From positions 1 to 49,768 of the IMG/VR virus record IMGVR_UViG_3300020045_001667: 49,768 nt of DNA; one strand, given 5' to 3'. This DNA is from a virus. Lineage: Duplodnaviria > Caudoviricetes. A program made the position numbers and the translations under genes. The notes under the pieces are model-generated. The model worked only from the letters and a program-made list of their open reading frames with translations, had not been told where the DNA came from and ran no database searches. Below are positions 17,440 through 27,272 of this stretch, in pieces (position 1 is the stretch's first letter; the number at the start of each line of letters is the position of its first letter).

Positions 17440-17993
17440 TGAATAATCCGGTGATCTTTGGCGGCATAACCAAACGAGAGGCGTTGCTTAAAAAGTCAAC
17501 CGGATGGGATAACGGTCTAAGTCAAGACTACAACGGAAAACTTGGCACTTGGTTTGCAGACAGACTGGGTGCAAAACAACAATTAAGGAATGATATGGAA
17601 ACTAAAAATGAGGCGCTGGAACTGGCAAATGCTATGGATACGGCAGCATATTTTCCTGCGTATCCGGCAAATCCTTATAAACAGGTGGCTGATATGCTTC
17701 GCTCTCAGGCTGCTGAGATTGAGCGACTGAACACCGAGTTAAACCTGCTTGGATCAGCTTGCGACAAGATACGGACTGCGGCACGCATTGAGAGATTGGA
17801 TTTAGCGGCTGAACGCGACCAACTCAAAGCCAAGAATGAAGCACTGGCGAAGGAGCGTGACGAGTTACTGGAGACGGTGAGTAGCTTGTTAGATGAGTTT
17901 GACATTAACAGCGACAACGGCATCATTGTGTATAGCGCAGCTTTGAAGACGTACAACAAAGCAATTGAGTCCGCACAAGCGGAACAAACATGA
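17439..17993 (+). CDS. coiled-coil hypothetical protein
   Basis: TGATG overlap at 17439; ADMLR-QAAEIERL heptads. Confidence 0.6.
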   Translation: MNNPVIFGGITKREALLKKSTGWDNGLSQDYNGKLGTWFADRLGAKQQLRNDMETKNEALELANAMDTAAYFPAYPANPYKQVADMLRSQAAEIERLNTELNLLGSACDKIRTAARIERLDLAAERDQLKAKNEALAKERDELLETVSSLLDEFDINSDNGIIVYSAALKTYNKAIESAQAEQT

Positions 17994-18106
17994 ACAAACT
18001 GGCACAAATAATCGGGTGGTTCACCATCGCGCTTGCGGTACTTGGTGCTGTTGGACTGGGTGAATTTCGCTACTGTTTTGCACTGACCGGGGAGTGCTTT
18101 AAATGA
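17990..18106 (+). CDS. 38-aa membrane peptide, not in the ORF track
   Basis: ATGA overlaps at both ends. Confidence 0.5.
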   Translation: MNKLAQIIGWFTIALAVLGAVGLGEFRYCFALTGECFK

Positions 18107-18321
18107 CAACAGAACGCGAAGCATTTGAGGCTTGGTGGGGAGAGTCCCCAGTTGAACTCACTCCATTGGTGAACCAAAGTACACAAGACAAACATAACGC
18201 ATGGGTATGGCGGGCTTGGCAAGCATCACGCAAGGTTGCCTTTACTGACGCAATGGTTTTGGCAACAGTTGGGGCGACATACCCAGAATTGATGGAATAC
18301 ATGCAAGGAGAATTGAAATGA
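18103..18321 (+). CDS. hypothetical protein (EREAFEAWW...AW-AWQA motif)
   Basis: Common small phage protein motif. Confidence 0.65.
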   Translation: MTTEREAFEAWWGESPVELTPLVNQSTQDKHNAWVWRAWQASRKVAFTDAMVLATVGATYPELMEYMQGELK

Positions 18322-19262
18322 ACAAAAAAATCAACGCGATGAAGCAGGCACTTCACCAAATGACTCTGGAGCTGTGGAACTGGAACAGTACAGCGTCTAC
18401 AGATGAAAAGCGAAGGGCTTTCGCTGTACTGGAAGAAGCCATTGAATCCGAGGAAGCGCAGACGGTGGAGCCTATTGGTCAGCGAGTAAACAACGCAACT
18501 CTTGGGCACCCGATTGTGTGGTGGCGAGAAGTAGAGCCCGGAACACTACTATTCACCCACCCAGCACCAGCCACTGAGCCAGCCAAGCCAACGGGTGAGC
18601 GTGAGACGCTGATTGAACGGCTGAGAGGAATAAACGGCTTCTCGACATTCATGGTCATTCACAAAGCTATCAAAGAAGCCGCCGACATGCTTGCTGCTGA
18701 TGAACTAATTGAACGACTGCGCGAATCAGCAAAAGAGATTGCTACCAGTGGACATGCTGGATGGGGGAATGTTTGCACTGATGCGGCCAATATGCTGGCT
18801 GCTGATGCACAGGCAATATCAAATTTGCTTGCAAGAATCCACCGTGATGGTGGGCATTATGAAGCTGAGCACGGGGTGAGGAAAGCACTGGCTGACGCTG
18901 ACTTGATCGTGTCAAAGCTGAATGCCTTGTCCGACACGCAGCAAGTGGCAGTGCCGCAGGGGTTGATGAAAATTGAAGTGACGGAAGCAATGCACATCGC
19001 AGCCATCAAGGTGCTGCACCGTGCAACAGGATCAGATTGCCTGCCGCAAAGAATGCTGGATGCCATGCTTGCCGCATCACCGCAGCCACCACAAGCTGCT
19101 GAGTCACGGGTGCCGATGACTGAGCACGAAATGCACGCTGTTTTTGTTTCCCAGTGCGACGATGGGAGCGCGCCAAGTTTTCCAGACTTTACAACCGAGG
19201 TTGATTTAATTGCGTACATACGTGGTATTGAGCAATTCCACGGGATCGGAGTGAAGCCATGA
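18318..19262 (+). CDS. mosaic (Ea22-like) early protein
   Basis: 314 aa with repeated LIERLR...AADMLAAD modules and proline-rich linkers. Confidence 0.6.
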   Translation: MNKKINAMKQALHQMTLELWNWNSTASTDEKRRAFAVLEEAIESEEAQTVEPIGQRVNNATLGHPIVWWREVEPGTLLFTHPAPATEPAKPTGERETLIERLRGINGFSTFMVIHKAIKEAADMLAADELIERLRESAKEIATSGHAGWGNVCTDAANMLAADAQAISNLLARIHRDGGHYEAEHGVRKALADADLIVSKLNALSDTQQVAVPQGLMKIEVTEAMHIAAIKVLHRATGSDCLPQRMLDAMLAASPQPPQAAESRVPMTEHEMHAVFVSQCDDGSAPSFPDFTTEVDLIAYIRGIEQFHGIGVKP

Positions 19263-19453
19263 TCACCGCAACCCCGGTTAAATTTGAAATCTACGATGGG
19301 GAAGAATGGCTAGCAACGCTCGACATGTTCGATGAAGGCGGTTCACGCATCGATATAAAAACAGTCGTGGCACCTGCGAATTGGCCCGAATTGTCATCAG
19401 TCATACAGGATGCACTTGAGTGGATGCACCCAACACCGAAGGACAAACAGTGA
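19259..19453 (+). CDS. hypothetical protein
   Basis: ATGA overlap. Confidence 0.55.
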   Translation: MITATPVKFEIYDGEEWLATLDMFDEGGSRIDIKTVVAPANWPELSSVIQDALEWMHPTPKDKQ

Positions 19454-19809
19454 AAAAACGAAAAACAATTACGACTGAGCAAATATCGATTGTCGATGAT
19501 GTAATGTTAAACGGAGGCACTTACATTGACGCCAGCAAGGCGGCTGGCTTGGCCAGGTGCACTGTTTACAAAATCCATAATCGACAGGGTAACTATGCTA
19601 GCGTGCCTGTAACGTATTTTGGCGAAAGACTGCCAGGCGGAGCATACGGCAGCAGGCGCTCGGTGCCCGTTGAGGTTGTGCCAATGATAGATGAGCTAAG
19701 ATCGAAAGGCCATACGCTTAAAGAGATTGCCATCGCGTTTTCGTGCGATGTTCAGACAATAGGAAGGGCTTCAAATAGAAAAGGAACCTATAAAAATGTA
19801 CCAAAATAA
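19450..19809 (+). CDS. tandem-HTH protein (GTG start 19450)
   Basis: Two HTH repeats, each ending N-R-G-Y--VP. Confidence 0.6.
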   Translation: MKKRKTITTEQISIVDDVMLNGGTYIDASKAAGLARCTVYKIHNRQGNYASVPVTYFGERLPGGAYGSRRSVPVEVVPMIDELRSKGHTLKEIAIAFSCDVQTIGRASNRKGTYKNVPK

Positions 19810-19897
19810 ATAAAACAACCCACGTTTTGCGCTACACTATCAACACACCGAAGCCGGAATAAGCCGAAATCGGTTAATCAACAAAAAGGACAGCATC

Positions 19898-20641
19898 ATG
19901 GCTTTTAATCTTGGTTCAATCCAAAAGGGCAAGAACCTTCGCCCTCCTCGCATCTTTCTCTACAGCACGCACGGCATCGGTAAAAGCACCTTTGCAAGCC
20001 AAGCCCCTAACCCGATTTTCATCTGCGCTGAAGATGGCCTAGACGCCTTGGACGTGGCACATTTTCCTATCGCAACATCAAGCATCGATGTCATGGAAAT
20101 GTTGCAAACGCTTTACGTCGAGGCACACGAATATGAGACAGTCGTACTTGACACCGCAGATTGGCTTGAAAACGTCCTGATTAAAGAAATTGAATCAGAA
20201 CACGACGCGAAAGAACTAGCCTATGGCCGTAGCGCTATGTTCTTGGCCGACAAGTGGCGCGACATTCTGGACGGGTTTAACGCCCTGCGCAATGATAAAA
20301 ACATGACCGTCATTCTGATTGGCCACTCTGAAATCAAACGCTTTGACAGCCCAGAGGTTGACAGCTATGACCGATACCAACCAAAGCTATCCACGCGCTC
20401 CAGCGCCCTGGTTCAAGAATGGGCTGACTGCGTGCTTTTTGCAAACTACAAAACCGTGGTTAAGAAAGAAGACTTAGGCTTCAACAAAGAGCGTGGACGG
20501 GCTATCTCAAACGGTGAACGCTTGATTTACACGCAAGAGAAGCCTGCGTATCTGGCTAAGAACCGTTACAGCTTGCCAGATAGCTGCAAGCTCGAATGGT
20601 CAGCGTTTAGTGATGCAATGGCTAAGGCGGTGGCGGTATGA
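19898..20641 (+). CDS. Sak4-like AAA_24 ATPase (ssDNA annealing)
   Basis: GIGKSTFA, EDG, TVVLDT-DWLE, LIGH, EW-D-V-F, AKNR. Confidence 0.85.
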   Translation: MAFNLGSIQKGKNLRPPRIFLYSTHGIGKSTFASQAPNPIFICAEDGLDALDVAHFPIATSSIDVMEMLQTLYVEAHEYETVVLDTADWLENVLIKEIESEHDAKELAYGRSAMFLADKWRDILDGFNALRNDKNMTVILIGHSEIKRFDSPEVDSYDRYQPKLSTRSSALVQEWADCVLFANYKTVVKKEDLGFNKERGRAISNGERLIYTQEKPAYLAKNRYSLPDSCKLEWSAFSDAMAKAVAV

Positions 20642-20954
20642 GCAAGATTGAAACACATCAAATACGCGCTCACTCGCTTACACTTTCAGACAAAGAAGCT
20701 GAGTTTTTACGTGACTACTTGCAGAACTGGCCTTATGTAACCGACGAGCCAAAAGACATTGAATCAATTAGATTTCAATTGTTTGAAATTTTAAATAATG
20801 CACTCAAATGACAAAACCCCAACTAATCGAGCTAATCAAGCTACTAAGCGCACTTGAGTCATGGAGCTTTGCAGATAAACATCGTTTGCCTGATTACTTG
20901 CTTGAAAAGCTTGATTCACAAATTGAAATTGTAACTAACGAGGTGTTGAAATGA
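20638..20954 (+). CDS. two small coupled ORFs (20638-20811, 57 aa; 20808-20954, 48 aa), not in the ORF track
   Basis: Hand-translated; an ATGA overlap chain fills the gap exactly. Confidence 0.6.
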
Positions 20955-21169
20955 GTAATACAAAAGAACAAGCGTTTCCATTTATGGAGCGCGTCTGGTG
21001 CACTGATACTGATCAGTATGTACTAGGTGAATCTACGCAAGGTATGGATTTGCGCGATTACTTTGCAGCGAAGGCGATTGGTTATGCGTTTGTGCAGTGG
21101 TCAACCTATAGCCGGTCTGCTGAAGAAGCCTACAAGATTTCTGACGCCATGCTAGAGGCCCGCAAATGA
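20951..21169 (+). CDS. hypothetical protein (AFP...GM-LRDYFAAKA...AY--ADAML-AR family)
   Basis: Widespread phage motif. Confidence 0.75.
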   Translation: MSNTKEQAFPFMERVWCTDTDQYVLGESTQGMDLRDYFAAKAIGYAFVQWSTYSRSAEEAYKISDAMLEARK

Positions 21170-21561
21170 CAACAAAACAAGAAGACCTATGCAATGAATG
21201 GATGGGTTGCAAAGGAATCGAAACCAAAGCACAAGAACGCCGCCGCGAGATCGAAGACCAGCTCGCAGAGCTTCTAAAAATAGACGCTGCGAAAGATGGT
21301 ACAAAAACAGAATCAATCAATGATTTTGAGTGTAAAGTCACTACCCGTCTAACTCGCAAGATCGACTCCGACATGGCGCAGGAAATTGCAGCAGAATACG
21401 GACTACAAGATCAGCTAGGAGTTGTGTTTCGCTGGAAACCAGACCTTAACTTGACGGCTTGGAAGCAAGCACCAGAAGAAACAAGAGCACAACTTATCAA
21501 AGCAATTACCACCACGGCTTCACGGCCATCATTCTCTATCTCACTGAAAACTAAGGAATAA
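21166..21561 (+). CDS. conserved recombination-module protein
   Basis: Lies between Sak4 and SSB; FRWKP-L...AIT----RPSF. Confidence 0.65.
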   Translation: MTTKQEDLCNEWMGCKGIETKAQERRREIEDQLAELLKIDAAKDGTKTESINDFECKVTTRLTRKIDSDMAQEIAAEYGLQDQLGVVFRWKPDLNLTAWKQAPEETRAQLIKAITTTASRPSFSISLKTKE

Positions 21562-21564
21562 CTT

Positions 21565-22074
21565 ATGGCACGCCTCGACGAAACATTCAACACACAAGAT
21601 CTACCAGAAGATACAGGAGGCGGTGACTTTACGCCACTGCCATCCGGAGACTACAACGTCACTATCGACGACGCTGAAATCAAGCAAACTAAGTCAGGAA
21701 CCGGCCAATACATCAATCTGAAATTGCACGTAGACGGCCCAACGCACACCGGGCGTTTGCTGTTTGGCGTATTGAACATCAAAAACGATAGCTCACAAGC
21801 CGAGCAGATTGGCCGCGGTCAACTTGGTTCAATCCTGCGCGCTTTGAAGATCGAATCATTGGAGGATACAGACCAGCTTATCGGAGGCCCATTGGTCGTG
21901 AAAGTGGTTGTAAAGCCAGCGTCAGGCCAGTACAAAGAAGGCAACGAGATCAAGGCGTACAAAGCAGCCTGTGAATACATTGCACCAGTTCCAACTGATC
22001 GACCATCATTCAAAGCCAAACCAGCGCAATCCGCTGCACCCGCCAAAGCTGCGCCACCTTGGGCAAAGCGCTAG
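21565..22074 (+). CDS. single-stranded DNA-binding protein (DUF669)
   Basis: F-PLP-GDY-V-I, TKSG-G-Y--L, NEIK-Y, PPWA tail. Confidence 0.8.
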   Translation: MARLDETFNTQDLPEDTGGGDFTPLPSGDYNVTIDDAEIKQTKSGTGQYINLKLHVDGPTHTGRLLFGVLNIKNDSSQAEQIGRGQLGSILRALKIESLEDTDQLIGGPLVVKVVVKPASGQYKEGNEIKAYKAACEYIAPVPTDRPSFKAKPAQSAAPAKAAPPWAKR

Positions 22075-22090
22075 TATTTGAGCTACAATT

Positions 22091-22115
22091 AAACCCCGGT
22101 AACTCGGGGTTTTTT
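22091..22115 (+). terminator. intrinsic terminator
   Basis: AAACCCCG-N7-CGGGGTTTTTT. Confidence 0.7.
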
Positions 22116-22131
22116 CAACAACAATTTAGGG

Positions 22132-23505
22132 GTGAAAATGAATTATGAAGACTTCATAAGGACAAAGACGCACAGCACCAACAGCTATGGATTTGAGCCA
22201 GTTTGGATGCCTGATAGCGCGTTTGATTTTCAGGAACACATCATCACAAAGGCGCTGCGCAAAGGCCGTATTGGCGTGTTCGCAGATACCGGGCTTGGGA
22301 AGACATTAATTCAGGTTTCAATCGCTGAAAATATCATTCGCAAGACCAATAAGCGCGTTTTGATTCTCACGCCTTTGGCTGTTGCTTTCCAGTTCATCAA
22401 TGAAGCTAACCGCATTGGTATTTACGACATCGAACACAGCAAAGACGGCACGTTTGCAAAGAAGATTGTCGTATGTAACTATGAGCGTTTGCACTTGCTT
22501 AATCCTGATGATTTTGAATGCGTCATGCTTGATGAGTCCAGCATCCTAAAAAACTTTGCAGGAAAAACCCGTGATGCAATCGTGGCATTTATCAAGCGCG
22601 TACCGTATCGGTTTTTGGCAACGGCGACGCCTAGCCCGAACGACTTTATTGAACTAGGAAATAGCTCTGAGGCTTTGGGGTATATGGGCTACATGGATAT
22701 GCTAACAAAGTTCTTTAAGTCAAACCAGAATACGGCAGATAGCAATAACCGAAATATTGGAGAGAAGTTCTATTTAAAGCCACATGCGGAACGTGATTTT
22801 TTCGCATGGGTTAACCAGTGGTCAATCATGGTGAAAAAACCGTCTGACCTTGGTTTTAGTGATTCAAATTATGATTTACCAGCTTTGCATCTTAATAAGC
22901 ACATGGTTCACAATAGTAAAACATGGTGCATTGAAGATCAATCGTCCTTGTTTTCCATGCCCGCATCAACCATGACGGAAGTCAGGCAAGAGCAAAAACT
23001 AACAGTCACAGAACGGTGCGAGAAAGCTGTGCAACTTGCACACGGTAAAACCTCTGTTTACTGGTGTAACTTGAATGACGAAAGCGAACTGCTTTCAGAA
23101 TTAGACCGTGACGCCGTTGAGATCATTGGCGGTATGTCAATCGACAAAAAAGAGGACATTTTGCAGTCGTTTGCCAATGGTGAGATTAAGCGACTAGTGA
23201 CCAAAGCTCGGATGACAAGTATGGGCCTCAATTGGCAGCATTGCAATCACACCGTATTTTTCCCAACTTGGAGCTATGAGCAATACTACCAAGCCATTCG
23301 CCGGTTTTGGCGATTTGGTCAAAAGTCAGAAGTAATCTGCGACATGGTTATTAGCGAAGGACAAGAGCGAGTCCTAGATGCTTTGGAGCAAAAAACACAA
23401 AAGGCAATTGAACTTTATGGAAACTTGGTTCAGGCCGCTAATCGTGATTTTAGTTTCAAGAATCGAGAGTTTACGAATAGCGCAAAATTACCAATGTTTT
23501 TATAA
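22132..23505 (+). CDS. SNF2-like SF2 helicase partnered with a methyltransferase
   Basis: DTGLGKT, DESS, TATPSPND, GLNWQ, QAIRRFWRFGQ. Confidence 0.85.
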   Translation: MKMNYEDFIRTKTHSTNSYGFEPVWMPDSAFDFQEHIITKALRKGRIGVFADTGLGKTLIQVSIAENIIRKTNKRVLILTPLAVAFQFINEANRIGIYDIEHSKDGTFAKKIVVCNYERLHLLNPDDFECVMLDESSILKNFAGKTRDAIVAFIKRVPYRFLATATPSPNDFIELGNSSEALGYMGYMDMLTKFFKSNQNTADSNNRNIGEKFYLKPHAERDFFAWVNQWSIMVKKPSDLGFSDSNYDLPALHLNKHMVHNSKTWCIEDQSSLFSMPASTMTEVRQEQKLTVTERCEKAVQLAHGKTSVYWCNLNDESELLSELDRDAVEIIGGMSIDKKEDILQSFANGEIKRLVTKARMTSMGLNWQHCNHTVFFPTWSYEQYYQAIRRFWRFGQKSEVICDMVISEGQERVLDALEQKTQKAIELYGNLVQAANRDFSFKNREFTNSAKLPMFL

Positions 23506-23544
23506 ATGTAGGCGTATAATACATACTTACAAAAGTAGGTCTAT

Positions 23545-24297
23545 ATGCCAAAACAATCATGCTCATGCTCTCAGTGTAAAAAGCCATTAAAAAGATGGCT
23601 TATAAATCCAAATACAAAGCAGCCTATTAAGAACTTTTTTTGCGATACGACTTGCAAGGGCCAATGGCAAGTAGAACAAAGAGAGTCACTTGGGTTTACA
23701 AAAGAATGGCTCATTGACCAATACATAACCCAAGGAAAAGACGCTAACAAAATTGGAAAAGAAATAGGCAGGAATGGCCACAGTGTTTGGAATTGGATGA
23801 TTGGTTATGGAATTCAAACAAGACCAAGAGGGCATGACGAAAGTAGATTAATAAAAGATGGTAGCAATTGGATTGGAAGGAAGCACAAAGATGACACAAA
23901 AGAAAAAATCAAACAAGCAAGAATAAATGATGGTCACGTTCCTTATTTAAAAAATGGAGAGCATTGGTTAAAAGGAGTTGCAAAAGAAAATCATCCAAAT
24001 TGGAAAGGAGGATTTACACCAGATAGACAATCTTTTTACGCTTCTGAAGAATGGTCAGAAGCTGTTAAAGCAGTTTGGAAAAGAGACAATGCAATTTGTC
24101 AGATTTGCGGCGTAAGCCACAACAAAAAAGAAAAAAGAGGAACTTTTCACATTCACCATATTGTTTCATTTATGGTTAGTGAGTTGAGATCAGAGTTATC
24201 AAATTTAGTTTTACTTTGCAAAGAATGTCATTTGTTCATTCACAGCAAGAAAAACACAACAAAGCAACTTATAAAGGAAGTGAAAAATGTTAACTAA
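23545..24297 (+). mobile_element. HNH homing endonuclease
   Basis: HPNWKGG; RD---CQICG...HIHHI...NLVLLCKECH; AT-rich; own TATAAT at about 23515. Confidence 0.85.
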
Positions 24298-25333
24298 GCA
24301 AGAAGATCACACAGAAAATTATTCACTTTACAACAGCGATTGCATGGAAATTTTGCCAAGCATTCCGAATGAGTCAATCGACTTGATTTTGTATTCTCCG
24401 CCGTTTGCGGGATTGTATAATTATTCAAGCTCCGAGCGCGATTTTTCCAACTGCGAAAACAAAGAGCAATTTTTAGAGCAGTATGAATTCCTAGTTTCCG
24501 AAATGGCGCGGGTAACAAAGCCGGGCCGAGTAAATGCAGTCCACTGCACAGACATATTCGACAACTCATGCCGACTTTGGGACTTCCCACACGAGATCAT
24601 TCGCTTGCATGAAAAGTATGGTTTTCAATATCGTAACCGAATCACAATCTGGAAAGAGCCTCTGAAAGTGCGTATGCGGACAATGGTGAAAAGCCTCATG
24701 CACAAGCTGATCGTCGAAGACTCTACGCAGTGCTTCACGGCCATGCCAGACTATGTATTAGTGTTCACCAAGAAAGGCGACAACGCAGTACCTGTAACGC
24801 ATCCAAGCGGTTTAAAACGTTACTTTGGAGATACTCCAATCCTGCCAAACATTTTGCGAGCATTCAACAATGCCAACGAATCCAAATTTAACGAGGAAGA
24901 GTTGTGGGAATACTTGAAAACCAATTTCAAAGATCACAATGACCCGAAGAGCAATAAACTGTCTCATTACATTTGGCAGCGTTACGCATCCAGCGTATGG
25001 GATGACATTCGCATCGACAATGTTTTGCCATTCCGAGACGGACGCGAAGAGGACGATGAAAAACACGTCCACCCGTTGCAGCTTGATGTGATTGACCGAC
25101 TTGTCGAGCTTTACAGCAATGAAGGAGAAGTTGTTTTAACGCCATTCATGGGAGTAGGTAGCGAAGTATTCAGCCCCGTTTCAATGGGCCGCAAAGCTAT
25201 TGGCATCGAGCTTAAAGACAGCTACTTCAAACAGGCAAAGATAAATTTGTCGTTGGCATCAAAACGGTTTGAAAGTGAAAATACATTCAAACAAAATGCA
25301 CTTTTTGAGACTGAACCCGACTTAATGGATTAA
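24287..25333 (+). CDS. beta-class amino (N4-C/N6-A) DNA methyltransferase
   Basis: Catalytic motif IV SPPF precedes SAM-binding motif I PFMGVGS; H--PLQLDVI-R. Confidence 0.9.
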   Translation: MLTKQEDHTENYSLYNSDCMEILPSIPNESIDLILYSPPFAGLYNYSSSERDFSNCENKEQFLEQYEFLVSEMARVTKPGRVNAVHCTDIFDNSCRLWDFPHEIIRLHEKYGFQYRNRITIWKEPLKVRMRTMVKSLMHKLIVEDSTQCFTAMPDYVLVFTKKGDNAVPVTHPSGLKRYFGDTPILPNILRAFNNANESKFNEEELWEYLKTNFKDHNDPKSNKLSHYIWQRYASSVWDDIRIDNVLPFRDGREEDDEKHVHPLQLDVIDRLVELYSNEGEVVLTPFMGVGSEVFSPVSMGRKAIGIELKDSYFKQAKINLSLASKRFESENTFKQNALFETEPDLMD

Positions 25334-25340
25334 GATATAG

Positions 25341-25363
25341 AACCCGCCTAACCAGCGGGTTTT
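25341..25363 (+). terminator. intrinsic terminator
   Basis: AACCCGC-N7-GCGGGTTTT. Confidence 0.7.
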
Positions 25364-25384
25364 CAACTCAACACTAGGACAAAA

Positions 25385-25684
25385 ATGGCAGCATCAAAAT
25401 ACGCTCAGCACGTAGGAAAGCAACTACGCAGACCAGGAACAATGGATCGTCACGACTACCTTCAAAGCGCGATGGCTAACGCTAAGCGCGGCCAAGAGCT
25501 ACCACACACAAAGTTGTTAGACATTGATGTCGTGACAATCCGAAGCGCCAAGCGCCAGCGTGAATCATTGCTAAAGCACATACGTGACAATCTCGGAAAC
25601 GCTGCATTGGCTAAGAAATTTGGAGTTCACCAGCGAACCATTGAAAAGGTGCTTAGTTATGAGACTCATGGGGATGTGGCATGA
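25385..25684 (+). CDS. HTH protein (HEG DNA-binding-domain-like)
   Basis: RG-E-P-TKL---DV--IR...LAKKFGV---TI. Confidence 0.6.
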   Translation: MAASKYAQHVGKQLRRPGTMDRHDYLQSAMANAKRGQELPHTKLLDIDVVTIRSAKRQRESLLKHIRDNLGNAALAKKFGVHQRTIEKVLSYETHGDVA

Positions 25685-26283
25685 ACGAAAAAATAATTTG
25701 GAATGAGGGAATGATAGCTAGAGCTATTAGCCTGCAAACATTGGCGCGTAAGTGCGTTGTGTTAGTTGATAACTGCAACTGGACAGGCTACGAATGCGAC
25801 GTTCTAGGCGTCACCACGGACCTACGCATTATTGATGTTGAGGTGAAGATCAGCCGAAGCGACTTAAAGGCGGACGCCAAGAAGGATAAGTGGTGGAGTC
25901 GTCTAAATTTGAGTATTGAAGGCCCGGCGCAAGCAAAAGAACATCCTAAAAAGGTCTGGAAGCACTACTACGCGATGCCAAAGGAAATTTGGAAGCCCGA
26001 ACTACTCGACTGCCTTCCGAGTAAATCCAGTGGCGTGCTACTGCTTGACCATGCTGGCTATCCGCGAGCTGCTGGCGAGTTCATGCGCGTGTCATGTGTC
26101 CGTCGAGCGATGCCAGCAAAAGACGCCTACCGACTTAAGCCCGCCGAGGTAATGGACATCGCTAGACTGGCGAACCTGAGAATGTGGGAGTCCTACAAGC
26201 GCGAGGAAGATGCGAAACGAGAATCAAGCGACTTTTATCATGGCAGACGCCAAGTTCTTACTCAATTCCAAAAGGCGATCTAA
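25681..26283 (+). CDS. PD-(D/E)XK nuclease (MmcB-like)
   Basis: ECDVL...EVKISRSDLKAD--K-KW, YYAMP. Confidence 0.7.
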   Translation: MNEKIIWNEGMIARAISLQTLARKCVVLVDNCNWTGYECDVLGVTTDLRIIDVEVKISRSDLKADAKKDKWWSRLNLSIEGPAQAKEHPKKVWKHYYAMPKEIWKPELLDCLPSKSSGVLLLDHAGYPRAAGEFMRVSCVRRAMPAKDAYRLKPAEVMDIARLANLRMWESYKREEDAKRESSDFYHGRRQVLTQFQKAI

Positions 26284-27272
26284 TGAACGACATTCAAACA
26301 CTAATCGACCTACATCACGAAGAAGTGCGCGAAGGCCCACGCGGCCACATGGGATGTTCACAACTTGGACATGCGTGTGACAGGTTTTTATGGATCTCGT
26401 TTCGCTTCGCCGTGATTGAAAAGTTTCCAGGTCGAATCCTGCGATTGTTTCGCCGTGGCCAGTTGGAAGAGCGCACTGTAGTCGCTGACTTGCAAGCCAT
26501 TGGAATGAAAATAACCAACACTGGCGCGAATCAAAGCCGGGTTGACTTTGGTTGTCACATTGGCGGATCAGTAGACGGAATCATTGAATCAGGCGTTCCG
26601 GGTAACACAAAAGCAAAGCATATCCTAGAGATCAAAACGGCTTCAGCCAAGTCGTTTAAAGACATGGTGAATAAAGGACTTGAGAAGTCAAAGCCCGTCT
26701 ATTGGGTGCAGGTTCACTTGTACATGATGGGAAAAGACGTAGACAATGCGCTATTTGTCATGGTGAATAAGGACAATGACGAAGTTTATTCTGAGATTGT
26801 CCAACGTGACGATGCTGTGGCAATGAAGTTTTTGGAGCGCGGAAAACGCATTGTAAAAGCTGACCTCGCCCCGGCGGGTATCAGCGATGACCCGTCATGG
26901 TATGAGTGCAAATTCTGTGCCGCTCACGACCTATGCCACGGATCAAAGTTAACCAAAGAAGTGAACTGTAGAACGTGTTGCCACTCCACCGCCGTTGACG
27001 ATGGAACATGGCATTGCGCCCATTGGGACATGACAATCCCTGATTTAAGCGCTCAATTGGCAGGATGCGACAATCACATCATCCATCCCGATTTAACGCC
27101 TGCATGGCAGTTTGAACGCGCCGAGACGGGCGTTATCTGGATGACAAAAGCCGGGCCAATACATGACGCTCCAGAAGGTTATCTAAGCCGTGAGATTGTG
27201 GCTAACTGGCAGGCTTGCGCTAGTGGCGTGCGAGATCAATATGCTGAGTTTGATGCACGGGTGGTGGGCTAA
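26283..27272 (+). CDS. Cas4-like PD-(D/E)XK exonuclease with Fe-S/Zn cysteines (start probably 26283)
   Basis: S-LG--CDR, GSVDG, LEIKT, Y--Q---YM, CKFC-----C, CRTC; TAATG overlap. Confidence 0.85.
   Translation: MNDIQTLIDLHHEEVREGPRGHMGCSQLGHACDRFLWISFRFAVIEKFPGRILRLFRRGQLEERTVVADLQAIGMKITNTGANQSRVDFGCHIGGSVDGIIESGVPGNTKAKHILEIKTASAKSFKDMVNKGLEKSKPVYWVQVHLYMMGKDVDNALFVMVNKDNDEVYSEIVQRDDAVAMKFLERGKRIVKADLAPAGISDDPSWYECKFCAAHDLCHGSKLTKEVNCRTCCHSTAVDDGTWHCAHWDMTIPDLSAQLAGCDNHIIHPDLTPAWQFERAETGVIWMTKAGPIHDAPEGYLSREIVANWQACASGVRDQYAEFDARVVG

Noticed and set aside
26283-27272. Cas4-like gene as evidence of CRISPR adaptation
   Set aside because: Solo Cas4-like nucleases are routine in phage Sak4/SSB/helicase recombination modules; no cas1 or array is present.
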